Positions 12,915 through 25,742 of a stretch of DNA of 64,000 nucleotides are shown here, piece by piece. Under the pieces are notes generated by a model, which saw nothing but the letters and a program-made list of their open reading frames with translations, did not search any database and was not told the origin of the DNA. Each line of letters opens with the position of its first letter. The stretch's first letter is position 1. A program made the translations under genes and the position numbers. The DNA comes from Camelus dromedarius (lineage: Eukaryota): NCBI RefSeq assembly GCF_036321535.1, contig NC_087437.1, positions 33,296,001 through 33,360,000 of the forward strand. Direction: 5' to 3'.

Positions 12915-14485
12915 TTTATTGTAGTTTTAATAATGATATTGAGAAACTATTCATGTACTTCTCTGCCATTCATACATCTTCCTTGGTAAGGTGTGTCTTC
13001 AAATCTTTGGCCCATTAATTTCATCGGATCTTTTGTTATTACTAAGTTTTGAGAGTTCTTTATATAGTTTGGATACAAATTCTTTATCAGATATGTGTTT
13101 TGCAGATAGCTTTTACTAGTCTGTGACTTGCCTCTGAATTTTCTTAACAGTATTTTAGAAAGAACAAAAGTTTTTGATTTTGATGAAGTCCAACTGATAA
13201 ATTTTTTTTATGATTTTTCCTTTCTGTGCCTAATCTGAGACACCTTTGCCTAACCAGAGGTCACAAGTATTTTCTTTTTCTTCTATATATTTTATAGTTT
13301 TAACATTGTAGTTATGATCCTTTTTGAGTTGATTTTTGTTATGGTGTGAAATAAGATTTGAGATTTTTGTCTTTTCATATCATTTTATCTTTCATATGAA
13401 TATCCAATTGTTCTAGTACCATTTGTTGAAAACTATCTTTCCTCCTTTGAATTACCTTGGTACCTTTGTGGAAAGTGAACTGACCATATATGTGTATACT
13501 GTCCCAGGACTTTCTACTTTGTTCCATTGGTCTGTATGTCAATCCTTTATTAATATCACATTGTCCAGTAACTGCAGCCTTATAGTAAACTTTGCAATCA
13601 GGCTGTGTGCATCCTTCAACTTTGTCTTTCTTTTTCAAAATTGCTTTGAAAAAACAAAACAATTGAATATGTCCTCTGTTTCATGTAAGTTTTAGAATCA
13701 GCTTGTCAATTGAAAAGTCCTGCTGGCATTTTGATATGGATTGTATTGAATCCATAGATCAGTTTGGGAAGATTTGAAATCTTAACAATGTTGTGTCTTC
13801 TGATTCATGAACATGGCATATTTGTTCATTTAAGTCATAATTGATTCTCTGAGTGTTTTGTAGTTTTTCATATATAGATCATGGATATATTTTATTAAAT
13901 GTATTCTTAAATATTTCATGTTTCTTGATGCTATTGTAAATGATATTCTTTTAAAATTATAATTTTCTTTTTTAAAAATTGAAGTGTAATTGATATATAA
14001 TATTATATAAGTTACAAGTATACAATATAGTGTATTGTAATTTTTAAAGGTTACACTCCATTTATAGTTATTATGAAATATTGGCTATATTCCCTGTGTT
14101 GTACAATATATCCTTGTAACTTGTTTTATACATAATAGTTTGTACCTTTTAATTCCCTCCCCCTTTATAGTCCCTCCCCCATTCCTTCTTCCCACTGGTA
14201 ACCACTAGTTTGTTCTCTAGTGATTCTGCTTCTTTTTTTTGTTACATTCACTAGTTTGTTGTAGTTTTTAGATTACACATATAAGTGATATCAGTATTTG
14301 TCTTTCTCTGACTTATTTCACTTAGCATAATACCCTCCAAATTACAATTTTCAATTGCTTATTGATAGTATATAGGAAAACATTTGGCTTTTGTATACTG
14401 ACCTTGAATCCTATAATTTTGCTAAACTCATTTATTAGTTTGAGTAGCTTTTTTGTAGATTCCTTAGGTTTTTCCACATAATTAT
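12915..14485 (-). mobile_element. L1M ORF2 3' region (antisense), host of a younger L1 insertion
   Basis: ORF 13375-13662 (KAILKKKDKVEGCTQPDCKVYYKAAV) resembles L1 ORF2 [25 protein letters not shown]. Confidence 0.9.
13968..14338 (-). mobile_element. Younger L1 3' UTR (cetartiodactyl/L1MA9-lineage-like) with 14-bp TSD
   Basis: TSD aaattataattttc (13954-13967) / aaattacaattttc (14339-14352); T-rich left end; ttgaagtgtaattgatatataa start. Confidence 0.85.
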
Positions 14486-14519
14486 TACTTTCCACAATAA
14501 CACATATTTTTAAGAACTT

Positions 14520-16125
14520 AAAGGATAAAAATGGTCTATGTTCCTAGATACTTACCATTTGTGTTGTTGTTTTATTCTTGAAGTCCCATGTTTTATTTTG
14601 GCATTATTTTTCTCCATCATGAAGAAATTTCTTAAGCATTTCTCTTTTAGCAGGTGTGATGGCAACAAATTCACTTTGTTTTCCTTCATCTTAGAATGTT
14701 TTTATTTTGCCTTTATTCCTAAAGGATGTTTGTGATAGAATTTTTGGGTTAACAGTTATATTCTTTCAGCTCCTTAAAGATGTTGTTCCATTCTCTTCTG
14801 GTTTTCATGGCTTCTGGAGAAAAATCTCTACTTATTCAAATTGTTGTTCTCTAAATATGATGTGTCATTTTTTCCTCTGGCTGCCGTTTGATCATGAAGT
14901 ATCTCAGTATGATTTCTTGAATTGATCTTGTTTGAGGTTCTCCAAGTCTCTTAAATCTGTAAGTTAGTATCTTTTCCCCAAACTGGAGGTCTGTTCACTT
15001 TTGTTTTTCAATGTTTTTTTCTCTGTGTGCTTTATGTTGGATAGTTTCTATTGCTATATATCTGTTATTTTTATTATGTCACTCATATCTTCTCCTGCAG
15101 TGTCTCATTGGCTGTTAATCCCATCCAATGCACTTTTCATTTCAGATTTTGTATTTTTTATCCAGAATTTATGGAGTTTTTTTCATATCTTTGTTTCTCT
15201 GCTAATTGTGTTTGTTTTCCTTTACATCATTGAGCATATTCATAAGATTTATAACAGTTGCTTTAGTGTCTTTTTCTGAAAATTTCTGCAAATCTCTGTC
15301 ATTTCTGGTTTGGTTTCTATTGATTGGTAGAATCTTCTGGTGATCATATTTTTCTTCTTTGCCACATGCCTGGTAGTCTTTGATTGGATTTAGGCACTGA
15401 ATTTTATATTGTTTAATGCCAGATTTTGTTGTTCTCCTTTAAAGACTATTGGATGCTGTTTTTGCAGTTGCAAATCAGTTTGATCCCTTTGAAACTTGTT
15501 TTTCAATTTTCTTGTGGCAAGTCTGGAACGTCTTTACTCTTGGCTTAATTTCTCCCCTGCTACTAAGACATGACTCTTTCAAATATTTTTCCTAATGCTC
15601 TCTGCATTATGAAGTTTATCCACTCTGGGTGATGGGAGTGTGAATTATCCCCACTCCTGTGATTTCAGGGACATTTCCTGCCTATTGGTTTCAGGTAGTT
15701 CTTTCCCTAGCCTCATGGAATGTTACCCCAAGCATATGCAGATCAGTAATTAGCCAAAGACTTGAGGGGACCTCTTTGAAGATTTCTGGAGCACTTTCTG
15801 TTTAGCTCCCTCCTCTTCAGTATTCTGACCTACAAATTCCATTCAGTATGGTTGATTTAAACACTGATCTTTGCCTCTTTAACTAACTGAGACTACTGCG
15901 TTCTGTTTGAGTTTCCCCTCTCTGAGCTGTAGCCTTTACAGTGTCTCCAGGCAGTAAGCAGGGGCAGTCATAGCACTTATCTCATTATTTCCCTTCTCTG
16001 AGAGATCACAGAGATTTCCTAATTACTTAATATCTGAAAAGTTGTTTTATGTAATTTCCCTAGTTTTCTAATTGTTTATGCTAGGGCAATCCCTGTAGCA
16101 ATTAATCTTTCATACATAAGTAAAA
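14520..16125 (-). mobile_element. Old L1 ORF1 and 5' UTR region (L1M4/L1MD-like)
   Basis: gatagaatttttgggttaacagtt..ttccattctcttctgg is antisense ORF1; ctccaggcagtaagcaggggcagtcatag is a 5' UTR motif. Confidence 0.7.
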
Positions 16126-16364
16126 TTCCAAAAGTAGACTTTTGAGCATCTTTTTATACAGGGCTGTGGGTTAGAGTCACAGGTTAAATACACTCATAAT
16201 TGTTTTTAAATGCATGCCAAGTTGAGACATATCCTCTCATAGATTATCTGTTTATTTCTCTTTCCCTTGGCCTCAATTTTTGGTACTTTCAATCTGTTCA
16301 TTCTTTCTGTAAAATTTATTATGTTTTAGTATAAGTGATTGTAGATGCAGGTCTGAACTATTAA

Positions 16365-17445
16365 GGGTCTTAGTCATTTTATGGCTGGACTGTTGCAGTA
16401 GACTCCTAACTGATTCTGGTCTTTTCAGTCTCACTCTCTTCCATTTCTATCTCCTTATTGTCTCTATAGTGATTTAAAAAATATGTAATCTCCTGGACAA
16501 TTGCAGGCACCTACTAACTCTCCCTTTGCTTCTGCCTTGTCACCCTACCCCAGCCTGTTCTCAACCCAGCAGCCAGAATGATCCTTTTAAAACATAATTC
16601 AGATGAAGTTACTCCCCTACGTTTTCCCTGTGCATATGCAAATGCTCCAGTCTCTCTCTAACTCACTCAAAATAAAAGTGAAAATTCTTCAAGGGCCTTT
16701 GAGACCCTGCCTGATCTGGCCCTGTCTGATCCTGTCTCCTATCCTTCTCTCATTCTGTTCCAGCCGCACCAGCCTCCATGCTATTCTTTAGATACATCAA
16801 GCAGGGTCCTGCCTTATGGCCAACAAACTGACCATCTCCTCTGCCTTGAATATTCTTCCTTCAGATTCCCTCATGATTTAAGAACTGCCCCATCTCCTTC
16901 AAGTCACCGGTGAAATGTTCTCAGTGTTGTCTCCCTGGCCCTCCAATTTAATGATGAAATCTGACTCCGTCATCCTCTCTGCTTCAGCACTTCCAGTCTG
17001 TCTTATGTCGCTCCATTTTTCCCCACAACACTGAGCAGCATCTAACATTCTAGATATTAAACACTTAGTTACTATGTTTAGAATCTGTTACTGCTTTCCC
17101 TCTGGAATGTAAACTCTCCAAGGGCAGAGTTTGTTGTCTCTTTTATTCATTGATGCATCCCCAATTCATATAACAGAGCCTGGCACTTAATAGGTCCGTA
17201 ATAAATATTTGTTGAATGCATGTATCTGATGTCATTCTTTTAAGTAAGATGCATTAGCTCTTAATGAGCTTCCATAGGGTAAAGCCCAAACTCTTTGCAA
17301 AGCAGAATACATTCTTCACTAGCTCCTCCTTTTCTGTGTCCAACTTTTTAGCCTCTCCATTCCTCTACTCCCTGATTTCCACTCATACTGAACTAGTAAT
17401 TCTTGAAACATTACCAACTCTCTCACATTTCTTGGCAACATCTTA
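16365..17445 (+). mobile_element. L2 cluster: L2a 3' end (about 16490-17222) within or next to older L2 pieces
   Basis: cagccagaatgatccttttaaaacat...gaatgtaaactctccaagggcag...cctggcac..taataaatatttgttgaatg. Confidence 0.85.
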
Positions 17446-19099
17446 GGCAACACTTATTGCTTTGTAGTCACTTTTAGGCATTAGAACTATTTTATATTCA
17501 GATGTGAACAGCTCAGACTTTGTTGTGTAATTCACTGTCAGGCTTCTTCCCCTTTCCTGAGGACATCAGCTTGGGGACCTAGAGTGGAGAAGGGGGTATG
17601 GTTTGCTCTTTCATTCTCTGTACTTTTGCCTATGCTTCTAGTCTCTCTAGAGTCCAGTGAAGACTGAAAGAGAAGAGGTGGGGTCTGTCATCAGCTGAGG
17701 TCGTAATTTAGCTGTCAGTGACCTCTCTGAGGTAGATGCTCACATGCACGTCACATCCCACCCACCCCCCTCATCTGGGACCTCTGAGATGCAGAGAATG
17801 CTGATGTAGGTGATAGCTCCCTGCCTGATTCCCAGCAGGACCACCTACTTAACACCTTTCTGCTAGGATATTCTCTTATTGGTAAAGCCTTCTTGGAGGA
17901 TTCTTTCAAGATGTCTTGGAAGAGATGCTGGATGTAAACTCAGCTGCCCAAAGACAGACCTGCTATCTAACACATACTTGCCAGTACACTTTATTTTGCT
18001 GCTGCTCTTCTTGTCCTGGACCACGATGAAATTTAGTAGAATCTGAGGAATGATTTGAATCTATGGACCCAACAGAGAAGTGGAAATAGTTCTGGGTGAG
18101 GCTCAGTAAGTGCCTCTGGCAGGATGCAGGTTTCCAAACCTTGGTTGTCTTAACATTCAGATGAACAAGTAAGTAGATATAGAGTCGTTCTACCACTGTG
18201 TGAGGGAACAGTTGCAGGATGTCTCTGGGACTCAGCTTCATCATCCATAAAATGATGCGGTTGAACATTTGAGTTAACGTTTAGCTTTAATAGCCTGTGG
18301 TCCCCTTTGATTCTCTGTCTGTTTCTTGGATGCACCATGGAGATGGGGCTTTGGAAGTTTGAGCCCTTTGCTTTACTCTTTCTACAAGATGGCAGCTCCA
18401 GCACTCTGAAACATTGGCTTTGAAATTTATATTGAATTGTTAATAAATGACCAGTTGTGGAGAGTGAGCTAGAACATAGTGGGGAGGCCAAGAGGCATGA
18501 AGATCTCAAATAGGGAGTAGCCCATCCTTTTCTTTGCCAGTGACAGGGTGGTCGCTAGAGATGAGAGAGGAGCTTGGCAACGTGTGCCGGGCATGCCTGC
18601 CATGGTCTTGGAAAACGGAGGCTGCTCCCTAGAAAGGGGTGATGTATCTTCCTGACAAAGCTCCTGCCAGGAGTGCATGTACATAACTCAGCCCTGAGCC
18701 TTTCCATGAGCTCTGCCAAATCCGACAGGCAGGTAACAAAACACTGAAAAGAAAGTAATGTCAGTCTAGCCTGGCGACAGCCAATACTGCACCTTAATTA
18801 CTCTACCTGGTGACAAAAGCTATTTATCAAGCTTGAAATAAAGTGGTTTTAAAGTCAGAAATTTATATGTCAGCCAGTCAGAGGCTGTAATTTTGGGGGC
18901 ACTGGTTTAAAGGGACATAAACTAAAATGAAAGCAAATCGGAGAGCTAAGCAACTTTACATATGCACAATAGCTCCGTCGGTTTTGTTGTCGGTTCTTTC
19001 TGATTTTCCCACCACGCCCTTGCACCCATGTGTCCAGTCAATTACAGCGTGCCATCCAAGCCAAGATCCCACCCTGGAGCCAAAAGGAAGATGTTCAGT

Positions 19100-19860
19100 C
19101 TTAATTCCTTTATTCAACAAGCATTTATTGTATTAAATGAGTATAGTTGAAAAGAAGGCTGAGGAGTCCTGGAGGAATTAATTCATTTATTCAACAAACA
19201 TTTATTGTTGATAAGTAGTATACCTACTGTGTGCCAGACATCGACTGAAGGGCCAGGCTTGGTGGTGGGGAACAAGGCAGCAGAGACCTGTTCTATCATG
19301 GGACTCACATATATACAAGTGAGAACACATATAAATAACTGGAGAAATAGGGGTGGTGGTAAATGACAGTGGTTGGGGGAGGGATGGGAATGCTGGAAGA
19401 GGCATCTGAACATTGGGGAGCAGAGGGTTCTAAGTGAAGGGAGCAGCCTTTGCAGAAGCACCAGAGCAGAAATAAACTTGGCGTATCTGGTGAATGGAAA
19501 AACGGGTCAATGTGACTGGAGTGGGAAAGAGTAGAAACAGACGCAATAAGAGAGGTAGGCGAGGGCCAAGAGTGTGGATTTTACTCTAAGTACAGTGTGG
19601 GCTACTGGAACATTTTAAGCAGGGAACAGTGATCTGACCAACACTTCGTTGAAAGTGAAGGAGTGGAACGGATTTTTGCAAAGGAAGAGTCATTGATTAT
19701 TTAATGATTGGTTAATTAAATAAGCATTTATTGAATTTCCCCCATGTGCCAGATGCTGATGACAGAAAAATGAATAAGACCCCCCTTGTCCTCATGACCC
19801 TTATGATACGGTAGTGACAGAAGTCATGTTCATAAATAAGAACAACATGGCAATAGTGAG
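19100..19860 (-). mobile_element. L2 fragments (several 3' ends)
   Basis: Repeated ttcaacaaacatttattg / aagcatttattgaa...tgtgccag; ggattttactctaagt. Confidence 0.8.
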
Positions 19861-20214
19861 CCTTAGTGGGCAAAGTCATGTGCAGTCCCTGCCACCATTT
19901 TATTAACACAAAGTGTGTGGCTTCTTAAAGGAGGCTTTTCTGGATGTGAGTTTTTAATGCTACATTCCAGATGATGACTGTACTCCCAGGTCAGCTCAGA
20001 AACGTTTCCCAGAGGAAACGCAAGCATTCTGAGAGGCACAGTAGGGCTGTATGTCTCGAGACCAGGTTCTCTTCCCTGTGTGTTTGGGAGAAGGGGGCAG
20101 GGCTTCCCAGGAGTCTGGGCTTCAGTTCCTCTGTAAGAGCTGAAACAATTGCTCTGTGAAGTCCCCTCCTTCTTTATCTTTTGTAACTTAGAGGATGCTT
20201 TATCTTGATCACTC

Positions 20215-20510
20215 ATTTTAAGCTACATTGCTGCTACAATAATACAGAAGGCTAACTTTGAGCCCCAGTTAAGCAACATGTTATCCCCCACAGAAGAACT
20301 TCAGTCTTCTTGTTACTAGACCTGAACTGTAAAACATTGCACAGAGTTCTGATTATTATACTTCTAATTTCATCAATAAAAATGTTTAGAACTTTGTTTT
20401 CTTTCTTGTATCTAAGTCCCTATACCATATTCTTGATTTTGCATCATGACCTGCAAAGCTTATGATACTTATTCTCAGGCCCTTTATTTAAAAGAGATGC
20501 TAACTCCTGT
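20215..20510 (-). mobile_element. hAT-Charlie DNA transposon fragment (MER58/Cheshire-like end)
   Basis: The end acctgcaaagcttatgatacttattctcaggccctttattaaaagagatgctaactcctg resembles the reverse complement of the MER58 terminus. Confidence 0.55.
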
Positions 20511-21534
20511 TTTAGGGCTGGAATGCTCTGGAGCAGTGTATCTTGGACGGAAATCCCTGAAACCCCATTCCTGCCAGATGCTCAGTGGTGAAAAAGTTTC
20601 CATGGTCAAGTAAAGGCCCTGACAAGTCCGGAAGAAACAAACAAATCCATAACTACAATCAAATGAAGAAACACACCTATTTCAAAGGGTTTAACCCAGT
20701 GTTTCAAAATGTATGAAGTCAGACCTTTTATTAGATAACAATCCTGATTGCACTTTGAATCCTGTTCGTGAGCAGGTTTCCTCATACACACTCCTTCTCG
20801 TGGCTTTCATCTTAATTTCAAGCTGCCTGACTGCAATGGCAGAGACGTCTGTGTTTATTTCAAGTTATATAGCCTTTCCCTTTTGCTGGACCAGCTTTGC
20901 AGCAAAACTGGGGAGCCACACAGGCTGAAATGATACTTCTTCCTTCCAACCCTGGGAAATGTCCCTTTCTAACCCTCCATACTGAATGCCAGCTGAAGGG
21001 GTGGAGCCTCGGGGTGAGACTATAGATCTATAGATGATGCAGAACATTTGAAATTGCTTTACCTGGTGGTGAGGGGTTTGAGCCAAGTCATATGCCCTCT
21101 CTTGCCTGGTTTTTCCTGTGACTCTAACAGGAACTGTCCAGCTTTCTGTGCTGCCCTGACAGCTACTATCAGTGACAACATCATATAGCTCAGCCTGTGT
21201 TGCACAAGCCAGGTCCCACCATTTCAGTAATAGTCACCACCATCTTTTCTGAACATTGTGAACCCCCTGGGTGGGTTGCGGTGCTAGCATTTGGCAGTGG
21301 TCAGAGTGATTCACATGGCACCTCCAGGGTCAGACTCATCAAGGGGACTTTATCAGTAGGTGTTGGTGTCATAACTGGCGCATAGACCTTGGTTGAATGA
21401 ATGAGTAGGTGAATAAATGCTGTTCAGCCCTGGAGAGTTGCATCCTGGTGGGCAGGAAATTGTGCAGTATAGGGGTTCTAGACTACTCTCTGTGCAGAGG
21501 ATAGTACATGTAAGAGGAGGTGAGGCAAGAAAAT

Positions 21535-21735
21535 TGAATGGGCATGGGTTTGAGTCCTAGACTGACCAACCAAGCAAGACATCATTTTGATCAATTTCTT
21601 TAACCTTTTCTAAGTGTTACTTTTCTCCTCTGTAAAATGGAGTAATAATACCTTGCTGAATTCATGTGATGATGAAGCTACAGAAGGTAACTGACATGAA
21701 AGCTAGCAGGGATCTGGTTCATGGTAAACACCATG
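21535..21735 (+). mobile_element. MIR SINE
   Basis: tgggtttgagtcctag...ttctcctctgtaaaatggagtaataatacc core. Confidence 0.8.
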
Positions 21736-22470
21736 GATTGCGGCCATGACTTAAGAGGTTATTAACGGTGGGAAGCATCATCAGCCATCGCTCCATCCAG
21801 TCCCCACATTCCATAGATGGGGAGACTTGGTCCCACTATGGCAGTTAGTGGGAGAACACAGGTTTCCTTTGTCCTAACTTAGTGCTCTGTGTAGCACATT
21901 TCTCTCTTCAGTCATCCATTAACCGCTGAGGGGAAAGTCCTGATTCTGACCTTGGATATTCCCTGTGAATCCTAATTTTGCTTGGAGACCCAGAGGATGG
22001 GTACCTGGCCTCTAGTGCGCATGGGATGCACAACGTGACTTTTTAAGCACAAAGCTGAGACACTGCCTTCCAGAAAGAGGGCTTCCCTCTTGTTGGTACC
22101 TCTCATGTCGCCAGGTGTTGGGAACACCAGGCTCACAGATGCCTCAGACTCTACGTGAGTGGGTAGCTTTTCTACACCTCAGGCCTTGAGGAAGGTGAGA
22201 CACCCTGGAACCAGGTGCTGCCTTCTTACTGAAGAACTGGCTGGAGCGGAACTGGCTGGGGCTTGGTGGATGTGCAAAGGAGCCATTGGAGGTGACTCAG
22301 ATGAGCAGCAACATGGCAGAGAAGAGGGAAGCAGAGGCAGCAGAAGGGAAGAGAAGGACAAAGCACTTGCCATAGGCTGGAGGGAGCATTTTTTTTTCCT
22401 CAGAAAAACAGTATTACACCTCATGTCTAGATTCCTTCTCAGGCAGATCCCTAAAAATCCCATTGAACAC

Positions 22471-23157
22471 GATCTAGCAATTCCACTTATGGGAATTTTA
22501 TCAAAAGGAAACAAAAATAATAACTCCAAAAGATATATGCACTCCATGTTATTGCAGCATTGTTTACAATTGCCAAGACATGGAAGCAACCTAAGTGTCC
22601 ATCAGTGGATGAAAGGACAAAGAAAATGTGGCATATATATACAATGGAATATTCATCGATAAAAAGAAGGAAGTCTTGCCATTTGCAACCACATGGATGG
22701 ACCTTGAGGGCATTATGCCAAGTGGAGTAAGTCAGACAAAGAAAAGAAAGACTGTATGATCTCACTTGTACGTGGAATCAAAAACAAACAAACAAACAAA
22801 CAAACAAAAACAAAAAAGCCCCCAAACTCAGATACAGAGAACAGGTTGATGGTTGCCAGAGCATGGGATGGAGGAAATGGGTGAAGGTGGTCAAAAGGTA
22901 CAATCTTCCGCTTATAAAATAAGTCATGGGCATACAGCACAGTGACTATAGTTAGTACTACTGTATTGTAGATTTGAAAGTTGCTAAAATAATAGATATT
23001 GAAAGTACTCATCACAAGAAAAAAAATTTGTAATTGTGTGGTGATGGATGTTAACTAGACTTACTGTGGTGAACACTTTGCCGTATTTACAAATGTCAAA
23101 TAATTATATTATACACCTGAAACTAATATAATGTTATATGTTAATTGTATCTCAGTT
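22471..23157 (+). mobile_element. 5'-truncated L1 (L1MA9-like) with about 18-bp TSD
   Basis: ORF2 end (gccaagacatggaagcaacctaagtgtccatc) plus L1MA9-type UTR; TSD aaaaatcccattgaacac (22453-22470) / aaaaatcccattaaacac (23158-23175). Confidence 0.92.
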
Positions 23158-23489
23158 AAAAATCCCATTAAACACATGTAAAGAATATGAACTATAGTAC
23201 TCCAGAACTGACAAGGTTACCTGGGTTTCTGTGAACTTAGTAAGGGTATCTCCTTACTCAGCATTGTCATAAAATTAGCTACTGTTAATTATTTTACTGT
23301 AAATATTAAAAAAAAGTATGCTGGGGAGTATAAAATAAAAATAGGAAGTCTTTTCCCTCACTCTGACCTCAAACCAATCCCACTTAATTGATTTTTCTGC
23401 TCTTAACAGTTTTCTTACGTATTTTTCGGATATTCATAGTGTCTATCATCTGTCTGTCTGTCTGTCTATCTGTCAATCATACAGATTCA

Positions 23490-24010
23490 CAGGCATCAGG
23501 GAGACAGTGACATTTGAAGTGTCATGGAAGGAAGTGAGGGAGGGAGCAGCTAGCTACCTGGGGGCATGGTGGGGAGACTGCCAGGCCAAGGACCAGCAGA
23601 TGCAGAGTCCTGGGGTGGGGGGGTTGTGCCTGGTGCATTTGAGGAGCAGCAGAGAGGCCCTGGCCTTGCAGTGGAGGTGGAGTGAGGTGGAGAGTACACA
23701 AGCTTTGCAGGTCGTGGCAGGGACTTGGGCTTTTACTCTGAGTAAAGTGAGCTGCCTGAGCATGACGTGACCTGACTTATAGGGAGAAACATTTGGAGGC
23801 TCTTGTGTAATAATCCAGGTGAGAGATGATGGTAGCATGAACCTTAATGGTAGTGGAGTGGAAAAATGGTTGGATCCTGGACATATTTTAGAGAAACAGC
23901 TACCTAATGTGATTTGTTGTTGGACAGGTTGTAGGGTGTGAGAGAGTGAGCATGTAAGGCGAATTCCAGATTTGGTGGCTGAACAGCTGGAAGGATAGGG
24001 TTTTAAATTC
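23490..24010 (-). mobile_element. L2 LINE fragment
   Basis: gacttgggcttttactctgag...taatccaggtgagagatgatggt...aaatggttggatcctggacatatttt. Confidence 0.85.
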
Positions 24011-24795
24011 ACGTTGGGGCCAGCACTCAGAGCCAAGTCTGCTGGGCTGCAGGGCTGTGCTCCGTCCTGCATATCTTGCCTCCCGGGTACCACATAGCCA
24101 TCTGTAACACAGTGCTGCGGTAAAATTCTGTGCTCTGAGGCAAAGAGAAAAATTTCAGAATATTGCCTTCTATTACCTTGGGGACTTTCTAGCCCAAATT
24201 GATTATTGTGTCTGAGAGGGGGGTTATAGTGGTCACTTCTGATATTTAAAAGATGCTTATTAGAACCCAGATAATTCATGCCTAGAGCTCTGGACTCACT
24301 TGTTGGAAGTGTCTGCACTGACCGTATTCCGGAGTCTTGTGTTTTTGCTTTTCGTGACCACACTCTCTGTGTCCTGAGTTTCACTGTGCTTTCTTGTCTA
24401 CCGATTACTTTCTGTGTCTTATAATGAAAACACAGTGAAGACAAATGTGCTATTTATAATTTTCTTCCTGGAGCCATTTCAATTAAAAGTTAATTAACTG
24501 TCTTCACATCATAATTTTAAAGTATTCTTTCAGTAATAGCGAGACGGTGTGAGAGCTGTAAGAATCCCCAAGTCTAAAATAAACTTATGCAAATACTTTT
24601 TCAAAATGCCACTTTATGTGTAGACAGCATTGCTTAAACATGATTAGTGCCTCTCTGTCTTCATTAATTTTATTAATTAAAATATTGAAAGGATGAGCTT
24701 GTGATTAGGGGTGTTCAGTTAAGGCATTCTTCGAACGTTGAATTATAGCATGGGAGTGAGTGGCTGGCCCTTGTGCTTCTATCTTTGCTTTAGAG

Positions 24796-24943
24796 CCATG
24801 GTTCTCACATTCTGCTGGCTCTAGGGAAATGCCTGACAAGCTAACATAGAATGCAGAGGCTCCCTGGAACAGGGCCTGGGGCTTTTGCATTTTATTAAGT
24901 TTCCCACATGATTCTGATACCCACCCAAGTGTGAAAACCACTG
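24796..24943. mobile_element. MER5A hAT-Charlie MITE with 8-bp TSD
   Basis: TIRs ccatggttctc...gaaaaccactg; TSD ctttagag (24788-24795) / ttttagag (24944-24951). Confidence 0.85.
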
Positions 24944-25504
24944 TTTTAGAGCATCAGGCTGCTTTAGTGTTTCAGGTCACCGATTCTGGACCTAATAAAC
25001 TAGGAGGGCAGATCTGTTGTGTGCTGCCCAAGGCCACACGGGCGCTTTAGGTGTGAAATTTTACTCCTTGAATTCCAAGAGCGTGAGTATGGTTGTTTAA
25101 AAAGTGACTGAAATTGGCAGGGGACCCCAAAACGTCAAGCTTAGGAATATCTCAGACACCCTTTCATTTGAAGTTGAATTTCAATTTGTGGAATTCTGGA
25201 CTTCCATTGGTAAGACTTCAGATATGTAGATTTACGGGTGATATTCTGGCTTGTGGCAAAGCAATTCTCTCATTTCCCTGCTAAACGCATCTTGTGCTGT
25301 GGCAGCTCCCAAGTCTGTTTTTTTCTGCCAAAGACCCCATGGTGGCTGTAAGTGGGAGGGGCCTGTGTGGACCAACTCAGGAGGGAGTCTTCCCAAATCA
25401 AAGATAGCTGGTCTTTGAGGAGGACAGAGTTTCTGCAGCTTTTGGGCCTTTTGGGTCCATATCTTATTTCTGCTGTGGGACAGAAAGATACTCTTGGACT
25501 TCCC

Positions 25505-25742
25505 AGTAATAATAACTGTTAATGTGTGCTATGTCCTGTTCTGAGTGCTTTATATGTAATATCTTAATTAATCCTCATAAATCCCACTGGGAGTTTATTA
25601 TTATCTCCATTTTACAGAAAAGGAAATGAAGGTGCAGAGAACTTGCTCACAGTCACTCCAGCTAGTTGTGGGAGCTAAGATTCAAACCCAGGCTGTCTGG
25701 CTCCAGAGTTTATCATTTTAACCATGATGCCCTGCTGTCTCC
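25505..25742 (-). mobile_element. MIR SINE, near full length
   Basis: attatctccattttacagaaaaggaaatgaagg...gattcaaacccaggctgtctggctccagag. Confidence 0.9.

Noticed and set aside
17450..17990. Possible processed pseudogene or old LTR
   Set aside because: No ORF similarity, poly(A) or TSD seen. It may be an old repeat, but I cannot assign it without a Dfam search.
18578..18610. Full p53 response element
   Set aside because: Only one half-site is consensus; the neighbouring decamers have several mismatches.
23554..24444. Longest ORF (296 aa, minus strand)
   Set aside because: It has a non-ATG start, half of it lies in a decayed L2 and is not in the L2 ORF2 frame, and it has no recognisable domain. 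Best explained as a chance open frame.
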